Shown: in pieces, positions 9,875 through 19,819 of the stretch
Layout of the letters: every line of letters begins with the position of its first letter
Position numbering within the stretch: position 1 is the first letter of the stretch
Position numbers and translations under genes: made by a program
DNA from: Nitrososphaerales archaeon
GTDB taxonomy: Archaea; Thermoproteota; Nitrososphaeria; Conexivisphaerales; UBA164
Reading direction: 5' to 3'
Assembly (NCBI GenBank): GCA_023256355.1
Contig: JAGDXJ010000053.1
Span: 11,957 to 75,956 of the forward strand
Length of the DNA stretch: 64,000 nt
Notes under the pieces: generated by a model
Databases searched by the model: none
What the model saw: only the letters and a program-made list of their open reading frames with translations
What the model was told of the DNA's origin: nothing

Positions 9875-11746
9875 ATGAAGATTTTACTGCTCGACACAGA
9901 AAAGTTTGAGTTTAAAACGATTGAGCCAGAAAGTTCAGTTTATGATGAATTTGAAAAAGGTAAATCGGAATCCTTTAGAGACGTCTTAGTGGGTTTCGTT
10001 ACTCTTGAAAAAGGAGACGACGATTCTGTTTTCGATGAAGTGTTAAGTGATATAACTGATTATATGTCAAAAATAGGCAGAAAAGATTTGGTTATTTACC
10101 CTTACGCCCATCTCAGCGATGAACTGTTGCCATCTTCACAAGCTATTAAGCTTTATAATTCCTTAGCCGATTTTCTTAAAAAAAATGGAATAAACGTAAT
10201 AAAAGCACCATTTGGATGGAACAAAAGCTATACTGTTCAGATAAAAGGGCATCCATTGGCTGAAAGCTTGAGAACTTATAAAGCTAAAAAGGGCAAAAAA
10301 GCAGGTTTTACACCTAAAGAAAAGTTTTACAAGTTTTTTGTAATAGACTCAGAAGGCAATGAATATGAAATATTTAAAGATAAGCTCGATGAATACGACG
10401 TTCTTAATAAGAATCCGGCATTAAAAAGGTTCGTTCAAAATGAGTTAATCGGCAAAGAGACTCACAAGGAGGAACCAGCTCACATTAAATATATGAGAAA
10501 GCTTGAGCTTGTTGATTACTGTCCAGAAAGCGATATAGGGCACCTTAAGTGGTTTCCGAAAGGTGTTATGATAAGGGATCTAATACTAGATTATGCTGAG
10601 CAACTCGCTATGAACTGGGGTGCAATAAAAATGCAAAACCCGTTAATATACAGAACAGACGTAGAAGCAATAGCTCTTTTGCAAGGTGAATTTCACGAGA
10701 GAGATTACAAAATTGAAGGAGAAAACATGGTCTTGAGGTTTGCTAGCGATCCTGGAGCTTTCCCTTTTGTTCAGAAAGTAAGTTTGAGTTACAGACAGAT
10801 GCCTTTTAAGGTTTATGAGGAGGCCCAATGTTTTCGTAAAGAACAGAGCGGAGAAGTAGTAGGGCTAATGAGAGTTAGAAGCTTCTTGATGACTGATCAT
10901 CACGCATTTTGCCCAAACGAAGAAATAGCTAGAAAGGAGTACTATGAGCTTTCAAAGCTATTTGCCAAACTAATGAACGACATAATATCAGGAGAACACT
11001 GGGTCCTTGGATTTGAGATTGTTGACGAATATTACGAGAAATACAAAGACCTGTTTAAACAGATTCTTAAGGATATTAAAAAACCCGCGTTCTTCAAGTT
11101 AATGAACCGTATGACCCATTATTATGCTTTTAAGAACGAATTCCAAGCAATATTTCCGGATGGGAACAACCTTCAAATATCTACTGTACAGTGGGATATA
11201 AAAAATGGGGAGAGATTTAACTTAACTTACATGAATGAAGAAGGCAAAAAGACTTTTGTACCCATCATAATACACGCCTCAAGCTTTGGCAGTATAGAAA
11301 GAGCTTTGGCATCCATGCTCGAATCAGCCGCATGGCAAGAAAAAGAAGGAAATGTACCCCTCTTACCATTCTGGCTATCGCCAGAACAAGTAAGGGTGCT
11401 ACCGGTATCCAGTGTAGAACATCTTGAATATGCTGAAAAGATAGCTAACGAACTTGATAAAAAAGGATTCAGAGTCTCTATCGATGATAGAGATATAACA
11501 TTGGGCAAAAAAGTTGCCGAAGCAAAAAGTGACTGGATTCCAGTTCTTGTTGTTGTTGGCGCAAAAGAAGTACAAAGCGGAAAGCTTAATGTTGTAAACA
11601 GGATAGGGTCTAAAATAGGCAAAGAACCCTCAGTAGAAATGAGTGCAGAAGATCTTCTTTCTCTTCTTGATAAGTTACAGGCAGGAATGCCAAAAAGGAA
11701 GCTTTCATTGAACATATATCTTTCTAAAAGACCCAAGTTTATCTAA
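9875..11746 (+). CDS. thrS: Threonine--tRNA ligase with archaeal N-terminal editing domain
   Basis: 623 aa. The N-terminal DTD-like editing domain (MKILLL...YPYAHLS) is followed by a class II core (CFRKEQSGE) and an anticodon-binding domain. Confidence 0.9.
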   Translation: MKILLLDTEKFEFKTIEPESSVYDEFEKGKSESFRDVLVGFVTLEKGDDDSVFDEVLSDITDYMSKIGRKDLVIYPYAHLSDELLPSSQAIKLYNSLADFLKKNGINVIKAPFGWNKSYTVQIKGHPLAESLRTYKAKKGKKAGFTPKEKFYKFFVIDSEGNEYEIFKDKLDEYDVLNKNPALKRFVQNELIGKETHKEEPAHIKYMRKLELVDYCPESDIGHLKWFPKGVMIRDLILDYAEQLAMNWGAIKMQNPLIYRTDVEAIALLQGEFHERDYKIEGENMVLRFASDPGAFPFVQKVSLSYRQMPFKVYEEAQCFRKEQSGEVVGLMRVRSFLMTDHHAFCPNEEIARKEYYELSKLFAKLMNDIISGEHWVLGFEIVDEYYEKYKDLFKQILKDIKKPAFFKLMNRMTHYYAFKNEFQAIFPDGNNLQISTVQWDIKNGERFNLTYMNEEGKKTFVPIIIHASSFGSIERALASMLESAAWQEKEGNVPLLPFWLSPEQVRVLPVSSVEHLEYAEKIANELDKKGFRVSIDDRDITLGKKVAEAKSDWIPVLVVVGAKEVQSGKLNVVNRIGSKIGKEPSVEMSAEDLLSLLDKLQAGMPKRKLSLNIYLSKRPKFI

Positions 11747-11778
11747 AATTTATATTTAGGGCTCTAACTATTTCTTTT

Positions 11779-12483
11779 ATGCTACCTCACATAAATGCTT
11801 TAAACGGTGATATAGCAGAAGATGCTGTTATATCAGGAGATCCAGAAAGAGTTAGACAGCTTTCCTCGCTTTTAGAAGGATCAAAAGAAATCAGCTCAAA
11901 AAAAGGGTATGTTATTTATACTGGAAGATTTGACCATCATTTTGTAACTTTAGCATCACATGGGATAGGTGGGCCGTCAATCTCAACTTTGTTTAAAGAA
12001 CTAAAAGAGCTTGGAGTAAAAAGGATTGTACGGTTCGGCACAACTGGAGCGCTAATTAACCAAATGGAAATAGGAGATGCTGTGGTTGCAACAGGGGCAA
12101 GTTACTCACCTGGTGGGACGATTTATGAGCTTTCCAGTGGCTTAGTTCTGTCACCTTCTCCTGATCTTGGGCTTACATATAATCTTTATAAGAAGTTAAA
12201 AGATAAAAAAATAAGTACATATTTAGGGCAGGTATTTTCTAAAAACGCATTCTATACTTTGGAAGACGTTCTTGAAGTTTATAAAAAGTATAATATAGTT
12301 TCGCTGGAAATGGAATGCGCCACGCTTTTAACGCTTTCACAGATTGAAAACATCAGGTCAGCTTGCGTGTTAATGGTAAGCGATAGCGTTGTCAAAAAAA
12401 CTAAGATGTATACCGCTGATGAGTTAAAGGAATTTGCAATGAACATTGGAAAAGCCATATTAGAAACTCTCGCAGAAAGTTAA
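11779..12483 (+). CDS. Nucleoside phosphorylase (NP-I family, DeoD/Udp/MTAP-like)
   Basis: 234 aa with GDPERV, HGIGGPS and the ECATL motif typical of hexameric PNP/UP enzymes. Confidence 0.7.
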   Translation: MLPHINALNGDIAEDAVISGDPERVRQLSSLLEGSKEISSKKGYVIYTGRFDHHFVTLASHGIGGPSISTLFKELKELGVKRIVRFGTTGALINQMEIGDAVVATGASYSPGGTIYELSSGLVLSPSPDLGLTYNLYKKLKDKKISTYLGQVFSKNAFYTLEDVLEVYKKYNIVSLEMECATLLTLSQIENIRSACVLMVSDSVVKKTKMYTADELKEFAMNIGKAILETLAES

Positions 12484-12749
12484 ATTTCTAAACCAAAACC
12501 CTCTGCAAACTTCGAAAACTTTCTATACTCTGCAAGAAATTTTAAACCTTTTCCTGTTATTATATAAACTTGACCTTCTTCTCCATTAATAAGCTTTACC
12601 ATGCCTTTTCTGTTTAGTTCTTCAAGTATTTCGGTTAGTCTCACATAAGGAACGTTAGACTTTCTTACAAGCTCAGTTACCTTTAATCCATTGTTTGACT
12701 GTTCGAGCGAAATTAACAAATCAGCAATTATCCTGATTCTACTTCTCAT
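12480..12749 (-). CDS. Winged-helix transcriptional regulator (COG3432-like)
   Basis: 89 aa. RSRIRIIADLLISLEQSNNGLKVTELVRKSNVPYVRLTEILEELNRKGMV is a wHTH pattern. Confidence 0.6.
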   Translation of the reverse strand: MRSRIRIIADLLISLEQSNNGLKVTELVRKSNVPYVRLTEILEELNRKGMVKLINGEEGQVYIITGKGLKFLAEYRKFSKFAEGFGLEI

Positions 12750-12750
12750 T

Positions 12751-13245
12751 TCAGCGCACCAGTGAGCTCAGCATTATAAGGTAACCTATAGCCTGAATAA
12801 TATAACCTATAGGTGAGTAATAATCTATGATTTGTATAAATATTGACAAAGAAACCAGGATAAGCCCGGCTCCAACAAGAAGGTTAATTACTCTTTTTGT
12901 TTTTTGGTAATAGATCAGAGTTTCTATCCCGGCGTAAAGTGAAAAGAATATTGCAACAGTACCGCCTGCTACATATGGTATTATTATAAGAGGTGCCAAG
13001 TCTTCCTTTAACTCTTTTATGTGTTCTAATCCTATTATAAGAAAACCTACGGCTTCAAAGTAAAAACCCATATAAGGTATCAGAAAGTCGCTTAGCAGCC
13101 CTATCATGATCAGTAAGAAAGCCACCCCTTCTTTGAGTAGGGTTTTGCTTTCTACCTTTAGGTAACCATAAAAACTCATGAAGGATATTATTGCCGTTGC
13201 AATTATTGAAATGATTAGTGAAATAAGCTCAATTGATGTATACAT
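12751..13245 (-). CDS. Integral membrane protein, function unknown
   Basis: 164 aa with about 5 hydrophobic segments. It lies 1 nt upstream of the wHTH gene on the same strand. Confidence 0.5.
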   Translation of the reverse strand: MYTSIELISLIISIIATAIISFMSFYGYLKVESKTLLKEGVAFLLIMIGLLSDFLIPYMGFYFEAVGFLIIGLEHIKELKEDLAPLIIIPYVAGGTVAIFFSLYAGIETLIYYQKTKRVINLLVGAGLILVSLSIFIQIIDYYSPIGYIIQAIGYLIMLSSLVR

Positions 13246-13675
13246 TGTTTTAATTATTTTAGAAAAAACGGGTAAATAAACGTTTACAGACCATTAATTT
13301 TAATACGAACATTTCAAATTAAAGTATTCTGATTAATCTAGTGATGAACCCACGAACTAGTACAACTTTACAAGGTCACACGAAGCTTTTGATATAGAAA
13401 GGCTTGAGACTCCTGCCATGATCTTCTATAAGGGGTTTCCCAAAAATGAGTTCGTCAATCAGTAATTCTTTGATAATGCTGGAGAGGTGGTGAAAATAAT
13501 TTGGGAAAATAACGCTGTAGAAAGATAGATGAAAACATTATATAAAATATTTATAGTAAATGGTATTGAAATTTTAGTTTTTAAGATACAAAAACTAGTC
13601 GAACCTATATATTTTTATTTAAATGAAACAATAATATCATTTAAATAAAACGCCAATAACATACAAAAAATAGAA

Positions 13676-13750
13676 CGGGCCCGGCGGGATTCGAACCCGC
13701 GGCCTCCGGCTCCGAAGGCCAGCGCTCTATCCTGGCTGAGCTACGGGCCC
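13676..13750 (-). tRNA. tRNA-Arg (anticodon TCG)
   Basis: I folded the reverse complement gggcccgtagctcagccaggatagagcgctggccttcggagccggaggccgcgggttcgaatcccgccgggcccg by hand into a cloverleaf. The anticodon loop is cttcgga (TCG) and the T-loop is ttcgaat. No CCA is encoded. Confidence 0.9.
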
Positions 13751-13751
13751 A

Positions 13752-14726
13752 TTAAGTAAAGTTAAATGGTGGGTAATAAACGCCTTTTTCTGTTATTATT
13801 GCAGTTATTAATTCAGGTGGCGTTATATCAAACGCTGGGTTAAAAGCTTTTATTCCACGTGGAGCTATTCTTTTTCCTTTTATATAAAATATTTCTTCAG
13901 GAGGCCTTTGTTCTATTATTACATCATCAACTTGGCTTTTCAGGTCTAGAGTTGAGCTAGGAAGAGCAACATAAAAAGGTATATTAAAACGCTTAGCAAG
14001 TGTCGCAACTTGAAACGTGCCTATTTTGTTTAGAGTCGTTCCATCTTTTAGAACTCTATCCGCTCCAACAATTACCTTTTTTATGTAACCTTTCATCATA
14101 GTTAACCCTACTGCAGTGTCTGCTATAAGCGTCACATCAAAACCGTCTTTTGCAAGCTCATAGGTTGTAAGCCTAGCACCCTGCATAACAGGCCTCGTTT
14201 CCGTAGCAAATACTTTGATCTTCTTTCCTCTTTCTTTAGCAATTCTCAAAGGCGCAAGCGCAGTACCATAGTCTACTGTGGCAAGGGCTCCTGCATTGCA
14301 GTGTGTAAGAACTGTATCGCCATCATTAAACAACGGTTCGCCTTTTTCTCCTATTCTTCTTGCGTTGTCAAGTTCTTCATTAAATATTTTCGAAGCTTCT
14401 TCCCACGCTTTTACAAAACTTATTTTGTCTTTTGAAGAATTTAAAACCCGGTCCACCGCCCACATCAGATTTATGGCGGTAGGTCTTGCCGTCTTGAGCC
14501 ATTCACCAATCTTTATGTATTCACTTGCATCTTTAACTTTTTTAGCTGAAAGGGCAAGTCCATATGCGGCTACAACACCTATTAAAGGTGCCCCTCTTAC
14601 GACCATCATTTTTATTGCTTTGTACGCATCTTCTACCGAAGAAATTTTGATCCATTTTTCACGTGTAGGAAGAAGTCTCTGATCAAGAACCCAGACTTCT
14701 TCGTTTTCTATTTTTATTGGTCTCAT
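13752..14726 (-). CDS. mtnA: Methylthioribose-1-phosphate isomerase / eIF-2B-like (MtnA, aIF-2BI type)
   Basis: 324 aa. VWVLDQRLLPTRE...VRGAPLIGVVAAYGLAL is the MtnA-type N-terminus. Confidence 0.75.
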   Translation of the reverse strand: MRPIKIENEEVWVLDQRLLPTREKWIKISSVEDAYKAIKMMVVRGAPLIGVVAAYGLALSAKKVKDASEYIKIGEWLKTARPTAINLMWAVDRVLNSSKDKISFVKAWEEASKIFNEELDNARRIGEKGEPLFNDGDTVLTHCNAGALATVDYGTALAPLRIAKERGKKIKVFATETRPVMQGARLTTYELAKDGFDVTLIADTAVGLTMMKGYIKKVIVGADRVLKDGTTLNKIGTFQVATLAKRFNIPFYVALPSSTLDLKSQVDDVIIEQRPPEEIFYIKGKRIAPRGIKAFNPAFDITPPELITAIITEKGVYYPPFNFT

Positions 14727-14795
14727 GCGTAATATTAAATGTCGTGTTTATTTATTTTTTTATTTTAGCACTAAACAATTTCCGTTTCTTTTAAA

Positions 14796-15329
14796 TTATA
14801 AAAGATATATAGTTTCAAAGATTCTTTTAAATGCATCATAAGCTTCATCGTCAAATAGATATACCCTTATCTCTCTTAAAGAATTGCCTTTAAAATTGTT
14901 TAATGCGTCAAAAAAGGCTTTAGCCGAATCTTCATATGGAAACCCATAGGCTCCTGTTGAGATGGCTGGGAAAGCTATACATTTAAGTTTGAGTTCTAAA
15001 GCCTTTTCTAGAGCTGATCTGTAAGCCAGTACCAAGTCATCGTAGCTTCCTTCCCCAAATATGGGTCCCACAGTATGAATAACAAATCTTGCTTTAAGGT
15101 TTCCACCTGAAGTTAAAGCGACTTCACCCCTTTTAAGGGGACCGTGTTTTTTAACAAACTCATCGCTTTCTCTTTGAATAGAATATCCGCCTTTTTTAAC
15201 TATAGCGTAAGCCACCCCGCCACCATGCTTTAAAAAAGAATTTGCCGCATTTACTATAGCATCACAATCAGCATCTGTCAAATCCCCCTTTATCAGTTTC
15301 AAATTAATAGAACCTATTTTTTTCTCCAT
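14796..15329 (-). CDS. Macro-domain protein (ADP-ribose / O-acetyl-ADP-ribose binding or hydrolase)
   Basis: 177 aa with DAIVNAANSFLKHGGGVAYAI and AFPAISTGAYGFP, the macro-domain signatures. Confidence 0.8.
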   Translation of the reverse strand: MEKKIGSINLKLIKGDLTDADCDAIVNAANSFLKHGGGVAYAIVKKGGYSIQRESDEFVKKHGPLKRGEVALTSGGNLKARFVIHTVGPIFGEGSYDDLVLAYRSALEKALELKLKCIAFPAISTGAYGFPYEDSAKAFFDALNNFKGNSLREIRVYLFDDEAYDAFKRIFETIYLL

Positions 15330-15535
15330 AAACCTTATTTTATAATAAAATTATAAAAAGATTCTCAATTCTTCGTTATTTAATTTTAATATTAAGCTAT
15401 GCCTTGCAAAAATAATAAATCATAGGCAACAAGGTTGATTGGTTAAAGCTTTTAAAAGAAAAGCAACACACATTTCGTAAAAAATTGAGCTCAGCACCAA
15501 ATTTTTATATAGAATCTTTCAAACTATTGTGAATA

Positions 15536-18500
15536 ATGGAAGTTCAAAACCCGTTTAAAGACTTTAAAGGTACACAGGATTTGATTTTCAAAAAATGGGA
15601 AACCGCAAGGAAGAATATAGACTCCGAAGATAGACCGTTAGTTACCTTCATAGAAGGTCCCCCAACGATGAACGGCGAACCTCATATCGGCCACGTTAGA
15701 GGGAGAGTAATAAAAGACCTGTTTTACAGGATGGAAGTTTTAAAGGGCAATAAAGTTTTTTTCAGAGCCGGATGGGATACTCAAGGTCTTCCTGTAGAGC
15801 TTGAGGCTGAAAAAGAACTTGGCATATCAGGCAACAAATACCAAGTCCTCAATAAAATAGGAGAAGACAAGCTTGTTGCCAAATGCAAAGAACTTATTCA
15901 TAAATATAACAAGATTTGGAGAGAAGTTGATAGACAGCTTGGGTTAATGTTTGATTACGATAAAGCTTACTGGACCTATAAAGATGAGTATATTGAAAGA
16001 GAATGGAAGATAATAAAGGCAGCTTACGAAAAAGGTTTATTGTATGAAGACTACAGGGTCGTTGCTTACTGTCCAAGTTGTCAGACAAGCTTAAGTAATA
16101 GCGAAGTAGCGCTCGGGTATAAAGAAGAAACAGACCCTAGCATGTATTATAAAGTAAAGTTAACAGATGAAGATCTTTACCTTGTAGTTTGGACCACCAT
16201 GCCATTTACTCTGGTAACAGATGAGGCTGTAGCTGTAAATCCAGATGAAAAGTATCTCATTATAAACGTTAACGGGGAAAGATGGATCGTGGGTTCAACC
16301 GCTTTTAGTTCTTTTATAAAAGATACTGGTATTAAAGCAGAAATTTTAGGAGAAATAAAAGGTAAGGATCTTGAAGGAAAAAGATACATACCAGCTTTGC
16401 GGGACCTCGTATCTGCACAAGATTATATGTTTAACAACAGGCAGGCTTACTATGTGTTTGCAGAGGATTTTGTAGATATAACAACAGGAACAGGTATAGT
16501 GCACTTAAGCCCAGCTAACGGTGAAGAAGACTTTGAAGTTGGCAAAAAAAGAGGTCTTCCTATATTTAATCCAATAGATGATCAGGTTAAGTTTACAGAG
16601 CAGGCAGGGAAGTATTCAGGTCTTTTTGTAAGGGACGCTGATGACATAATAGCTGAAGATCTTAAAAACAAAGGCATGCTTGTAAAATACGGAAAGATTA
16701 AACATACTTATCCCACATGTTGGCGTTCAGGGCATAAACTTGTTTTCTTAGCAAGAAGGGAATATTTTTATGATATCCCTAAGATAGCTGAAAAAGCATA
16801 TGAAGAAGCTTCAAAGGTACAGTACTATTTTGATTCACCAAGAAACAGGTTTCTTGAAATAATAAAAGAAAAGAAACCATGGTGTATAAGCAGAGAAAGG
16901 GTCTGGGGAACACCGCTTCCTATTTGGGTTTGCAAAAATTGTGGTAACAAAATATATCTTTTTGGCCGGGATGAAATAATAAAGAACGCGACAAAACTTC
17001 CTGATGGGCCTAATTTTGAGCTTCACAAGCCTTGGATAGATAGAATTGTAATAAAATGTCCCAAGTGTGGTGGTGAGGCCTACAGAGAACCTTATGTTCT
17101 TGATACATGGCATAACAGTGGCGCAGCACCCTATGCTTCTCTCACTGAAGAGGAATATAAAAGAGTTGTTCCGGTTACATTTTTAACTGAAGGAATAGAT
17201 CAGACTAGAGGTTGGGCTTATACTCTTTTAATGGAAGGCGTTATATTTAACGAAAAATCACCTTACAGAAGTTTTCTTTTTACAGGCCTAATAGTTGATG
17301 AAAAAGGAGAAAAGATGAGCAAAAGCAAAGGCAATGTCGTTTTTGCAAAGGATCTTTTTAACGCTTATCCTTCGGATCTTGTAAGGTTTTACCTTGTATG
17401 GAAGGCTAACCCAGTTGATGTTTTGAGCTTCGACAGAAAGGAAATGATGGAAAGACCATTTCAGGTGTTGAACACTCTTTTCAATCTTCATGTTTATTAT
17501 AAAGTAAATTCTGAATATGATAAGTTTGTATGGGAAGATAAAGAAAAAGGAGAACTCGGCGAAAAGGAATACTGGATACTCGGGTTGCTTCAAAAAGCAA
17601 AAAAGGAATACATTGAAGCATATGAAAAGAAAAAGCTTAATGAAATGGCCCGAATAATGGAGCGCTTCATAATAGAAGACCTTAGTCAGAGGTATGTTCC
17701 TCTTATAAGGAACGAGCTGTGGAATGACAGTGCAGAAACTGAAAAGAGGAGGTTTGGTATATATTGGACTCTTGGTAAGGTTCTTAGAGAACTTGATGTG
17801 CTGTTACACCCTCTTGCACCTTATACAACTGATTACCTTTTCGAAAACGTCTTTGGCGCTAAATGGTCGATACTTAATGAAAGGTTGCCAGCACTTGATG
17901 AGAAATATGTTAACGAAAAGCTGATAGAAAAATACGAAAAAATATGGAATTTAGTTTCTTTAATAAACAGCGCTAGGATGAAGGCTAAAATAAAAAGGCG
18001 CTGGCCCCTCAGTAAAGCTATAGTATACTCGGCTTCAGATCTGCAGGGAGACCTGCTTAGCATCATATCGCAGATAGCAAACATAAAGACGGTTCATTAT
18101 GTAAATAGTTTAAAAGAGCTTCCTGTTGATGTAAAGATAAGGCCGTTAGTAGGCGAACTTGGCAAGCTTTTTAAGAAAGACTCGATTAAAGCGAAGTCAC
18201 TTATTGAGTCATCCCACCCGTTTGAAATAGCCGAATCACTAATGAAAGATGGTCAGGTAACAATTGATGATTTTAAAATACCATACCAAGCAATTGAGGT
18301 TCAATTTTTGCCTAAACCAGGTTATGAAATTGCTTGGGAAAGAGGGCTGCTAGTAGTTATAGATCTGCAGAGAGATAAAAGTTTGATAGAAGAAGGATAT
18401 CTTAAAGACGTTGCAAGACGAGTTCAATATGCAAGAAAAGAAAAAGGATATAACCCAACAGATGTTCTTGAAAAAGCAGAAATATATTCAGATGATGAAG

Positions 18501-18649
18501 AAGTGGTTAACGCGATCGAAAAAAGGTTAGACGAGCTCTCTTTTCTCACAAGGGTTAAAAAGTTTAACGTTTTCTTAGGCAAACCAGAGTCAGGGACTTA
18601 CTTAGAATATGAGCTTGATGAAAAAAAGCTATACATAAGGTTTGAATGA
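15536..18649 (+). CDS. ileS: Isoleucine--tRNA ligase
   Basis: 1037 aa with PPTMNGEPHIGH (HIGH), KMSKSKGN (KMSKS) and a CP1 editing insertion. Confidence 0.9.
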   Translation: MEVQNPFKDFKGTQDLIFKKWETARKNIDSEDRPLVTFIEGPPTMNGEPHIGHVRGRVIKDLFYRMEVLKGNKVFFRAGWDTQGLPVELEAEKELGISGNKYQVLNKIGEDKLVAKCKELIHKYNKIWREVDRQLGLMFDYDKAYWTYKDEYIEREWKIIKAAYEKGLLYEDYRVVAYCPSCQTSLSNSEVALGYKEETDPSMYYKVKLTDEDLYLVVWTTMPFTLVTDEAVAVNPDEKYLIINVNGERWIVGSTAFSSFIKDTGIKAEILGEIKGKDLEGKRYIPALRDLVSAQDYMFNNRQAYYVFAEDFVDITTGTGIVHLSPANGEEDFEVGKKRGLPIFNPIDDQVKFTEQAGKYSGLFVRDADDIIAEDLKNKGMLVKYGKIKHTYPTCWRSGHKLVFLARREYFYDIPKIAEKAYEEASKVQYYFDSPRNRFLEIIKEKKPWCISRERVWGTPLPIWVCKNCGNKIYLFGRDEIIKNATKLPDGPNFELHKPWIDRIVIKCPKCGGEAYREPYVLDTWHNSGAAPYASLTEEEYKRVVPVTFLTEGIDQTRGWAYTLLMEGVIFNEKSPYRSFLFTGLIVDEKGEKMSKSKGNVVFAKDLFNAYPSDLVRFYLVWKANPVDVLSFDRKEMMERPFQVLNTLFNLHVYYKVNSEYDKFVWEDKEKGELGEKEYWILGLLQKAKKEYIEAYEKKKLNEMARIMERFIIEDLSQRYVPLIRNELWNDSAETEKRRFGIYWTLGKVLRELDVLLHPLAPYTTDYLFENVFGAKWSILNERLPALDEKYVNEKLIEKYEKIWNLVSLINSARMKAKIKRRWPLSKAIVYSASDLQGDLLSIISQIANIKTVHYVNSLKELPVDVKIRPLVGELGKLFKKDSIKAKSLIESSHPFEIAESLMKDGQVTIDDFKIPYQAIEVQFLPKPGYEIAWERGLLVVIDLQRDKSLIEEGYLKDVARRVQYARKEKGYNPTDVLEKAEIYSDDEEVVNAIEKRLDELSFLTRVKKFNVFLGKPESGTYLEYELDEKKLYIRFE

Positions 18650-18728
18650 TAATGTAGCTTAAGAATAATCCTTTTTAAGTATTTTAAAATAAAAAGTTTT
18701 TATCTTTAGATTTTTAATAACAGAACAT

Positions 18729-19805
18729 ATGAAATTTTATCTTAAATGTACAAAATGCGGACAAAGATACGACTCAGATTATGCATGGCCTAGGTGCAGC
18801 AAATGCGGTGGTCTGCTTGAGGTTGCATACGATTATAAAAGTATAGAACTTCCTTCAGATTTTAAAACAGCTTTTGTAAAACAGTGGAAATACAGACCAT
18901 TTATGCCGATTAAAAGAAGGCCTGTAACTGCAGGAGAAGGGGGTACTAGGCTGAGAAAAGTCACATCAGTTCCAGATGTTTACCTGAAAATAGAACTCGA
19001 TAACCCAACAAAATCATTTAAGGACAGGGGCTCAACTGTTGAAGTTACTAGAGCGCTCGAGCTAGGTTATCAAAGACTTGTGGTTGCGTCTACAGGAAAC
19101 ATGGCATTATCAGTTTCCGCATACTCTGAAATAGCTGGACTTGAAACCGTTACCTTTGTAGGTTCTGGAGCAAATCAGAATAAAATAGATATGATAAGGA
19201 ACAAAGGTGGAAAGATTATTCAGGTTGAAGGTGATTTTAATGATGCTCTTTTAGAAGCTGAAAAGTTTGCCAAAAAAACGAAATCTTTCTTAGTCGGAGA
19301 CTATCTTTACAGAAAAGAAGGGCAAAAAGGTGTAATATTTGAAGTTATAGACCAGCTTTCCTACAATCCACCAGATTATGTTTTTGTTCCTGTTGGCAAC
19401 GGTACTTTAATTTCAGCTACATATAAAGGGCTGTTTGAATACAAACTTTTTGGTTTAATAGATAAGATGCCAAAGATTATAGGCGTTCAAGCAAAGGGCG
19501 CTGATGCCTTTTATAGGTACTACAAAACAGGAAAGCTAAAGAAAGTAAACATAAAGACTGCTGCTGACGCTATAGCTGTAGGTCTTCCAACATATGCAGA
19601 TCAAGCAAAAGAAGCAGTTAAAGCTACTGGTGGGGACGTTATAACTGTAAGCGAGAAAGAGTTGACAAAAGCTGTCAAAGAAATATACAAACTAGCACAA
19701 GTATGCTCTGAGCTTGGAGGCGCTGCAGCATATGCCGGACTGCTAAAATATGACTTACCAAACGATGCAAAGGCAGTTGCTTTCGTTACCGGCGGAAACA
19801 TCTGA
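18729..19805 (+). CDS. thrC: Threonine synthase (PLP-dependent, with N-terminal Zn ribbon)
   Basis: 358 aa with CTKCGQ...CSKCGG followed by PTKSFKDRGS (PLP lysine). Confidence 0.7.
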   Translation: MKFYLKCTKCGQRYDSDYAWPRCSKCGGLLEVAYDYKSIELPSDFKTAFVKQWKYRPFMPIKRRPVTAGEGGTRLRKVTSVPDVYLKIELDNPTKSFKDRGSTVEVTRALELGYQRLVVASTGNMALSVSAYSEIAGLETVTFVGSGANQNKIDMIRNKGGKIIQVEGDFNDALLEAEKFAKKTKSFLVGDYLYRKEGQKGVIFEVIDQLSYNPPDYVFVPVGNGTLISATYKGLFEYKLFGLIDKMPKIIGVQAKGADAFYRYYKTGKLKKVNIKTAADAIAVGLPTYADQAKEAVKATGGDVITVSEKELTKAVKEIYKLAQVCSELGGAAAYAGLLKYDLPNDAKAVAFVTGGNI

Positions 19806-19819
19806 TTTTAAGGTTTAAA

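Noticed and set aside
9721-9909. 62-aa ORF upstream of and overlapping the thrS start, with a moderately GC-richer patch at 9721-9775 that could be an sRNA
   Set aside because: The ORF has no SD or TATA context and overlaps thrS. I could not fold the patch into an H/ACA or C/D architecture: there are no C boxes, and the ACA has no supporting hairpin. I leave it unassigned.
13329-13347. CTGA-N8-GTGATGA, resembling a C/D sRNA core
   Set aside because: There is no matching outer C box 12 nt upstream and no D box 12 nt downstream on either strand.
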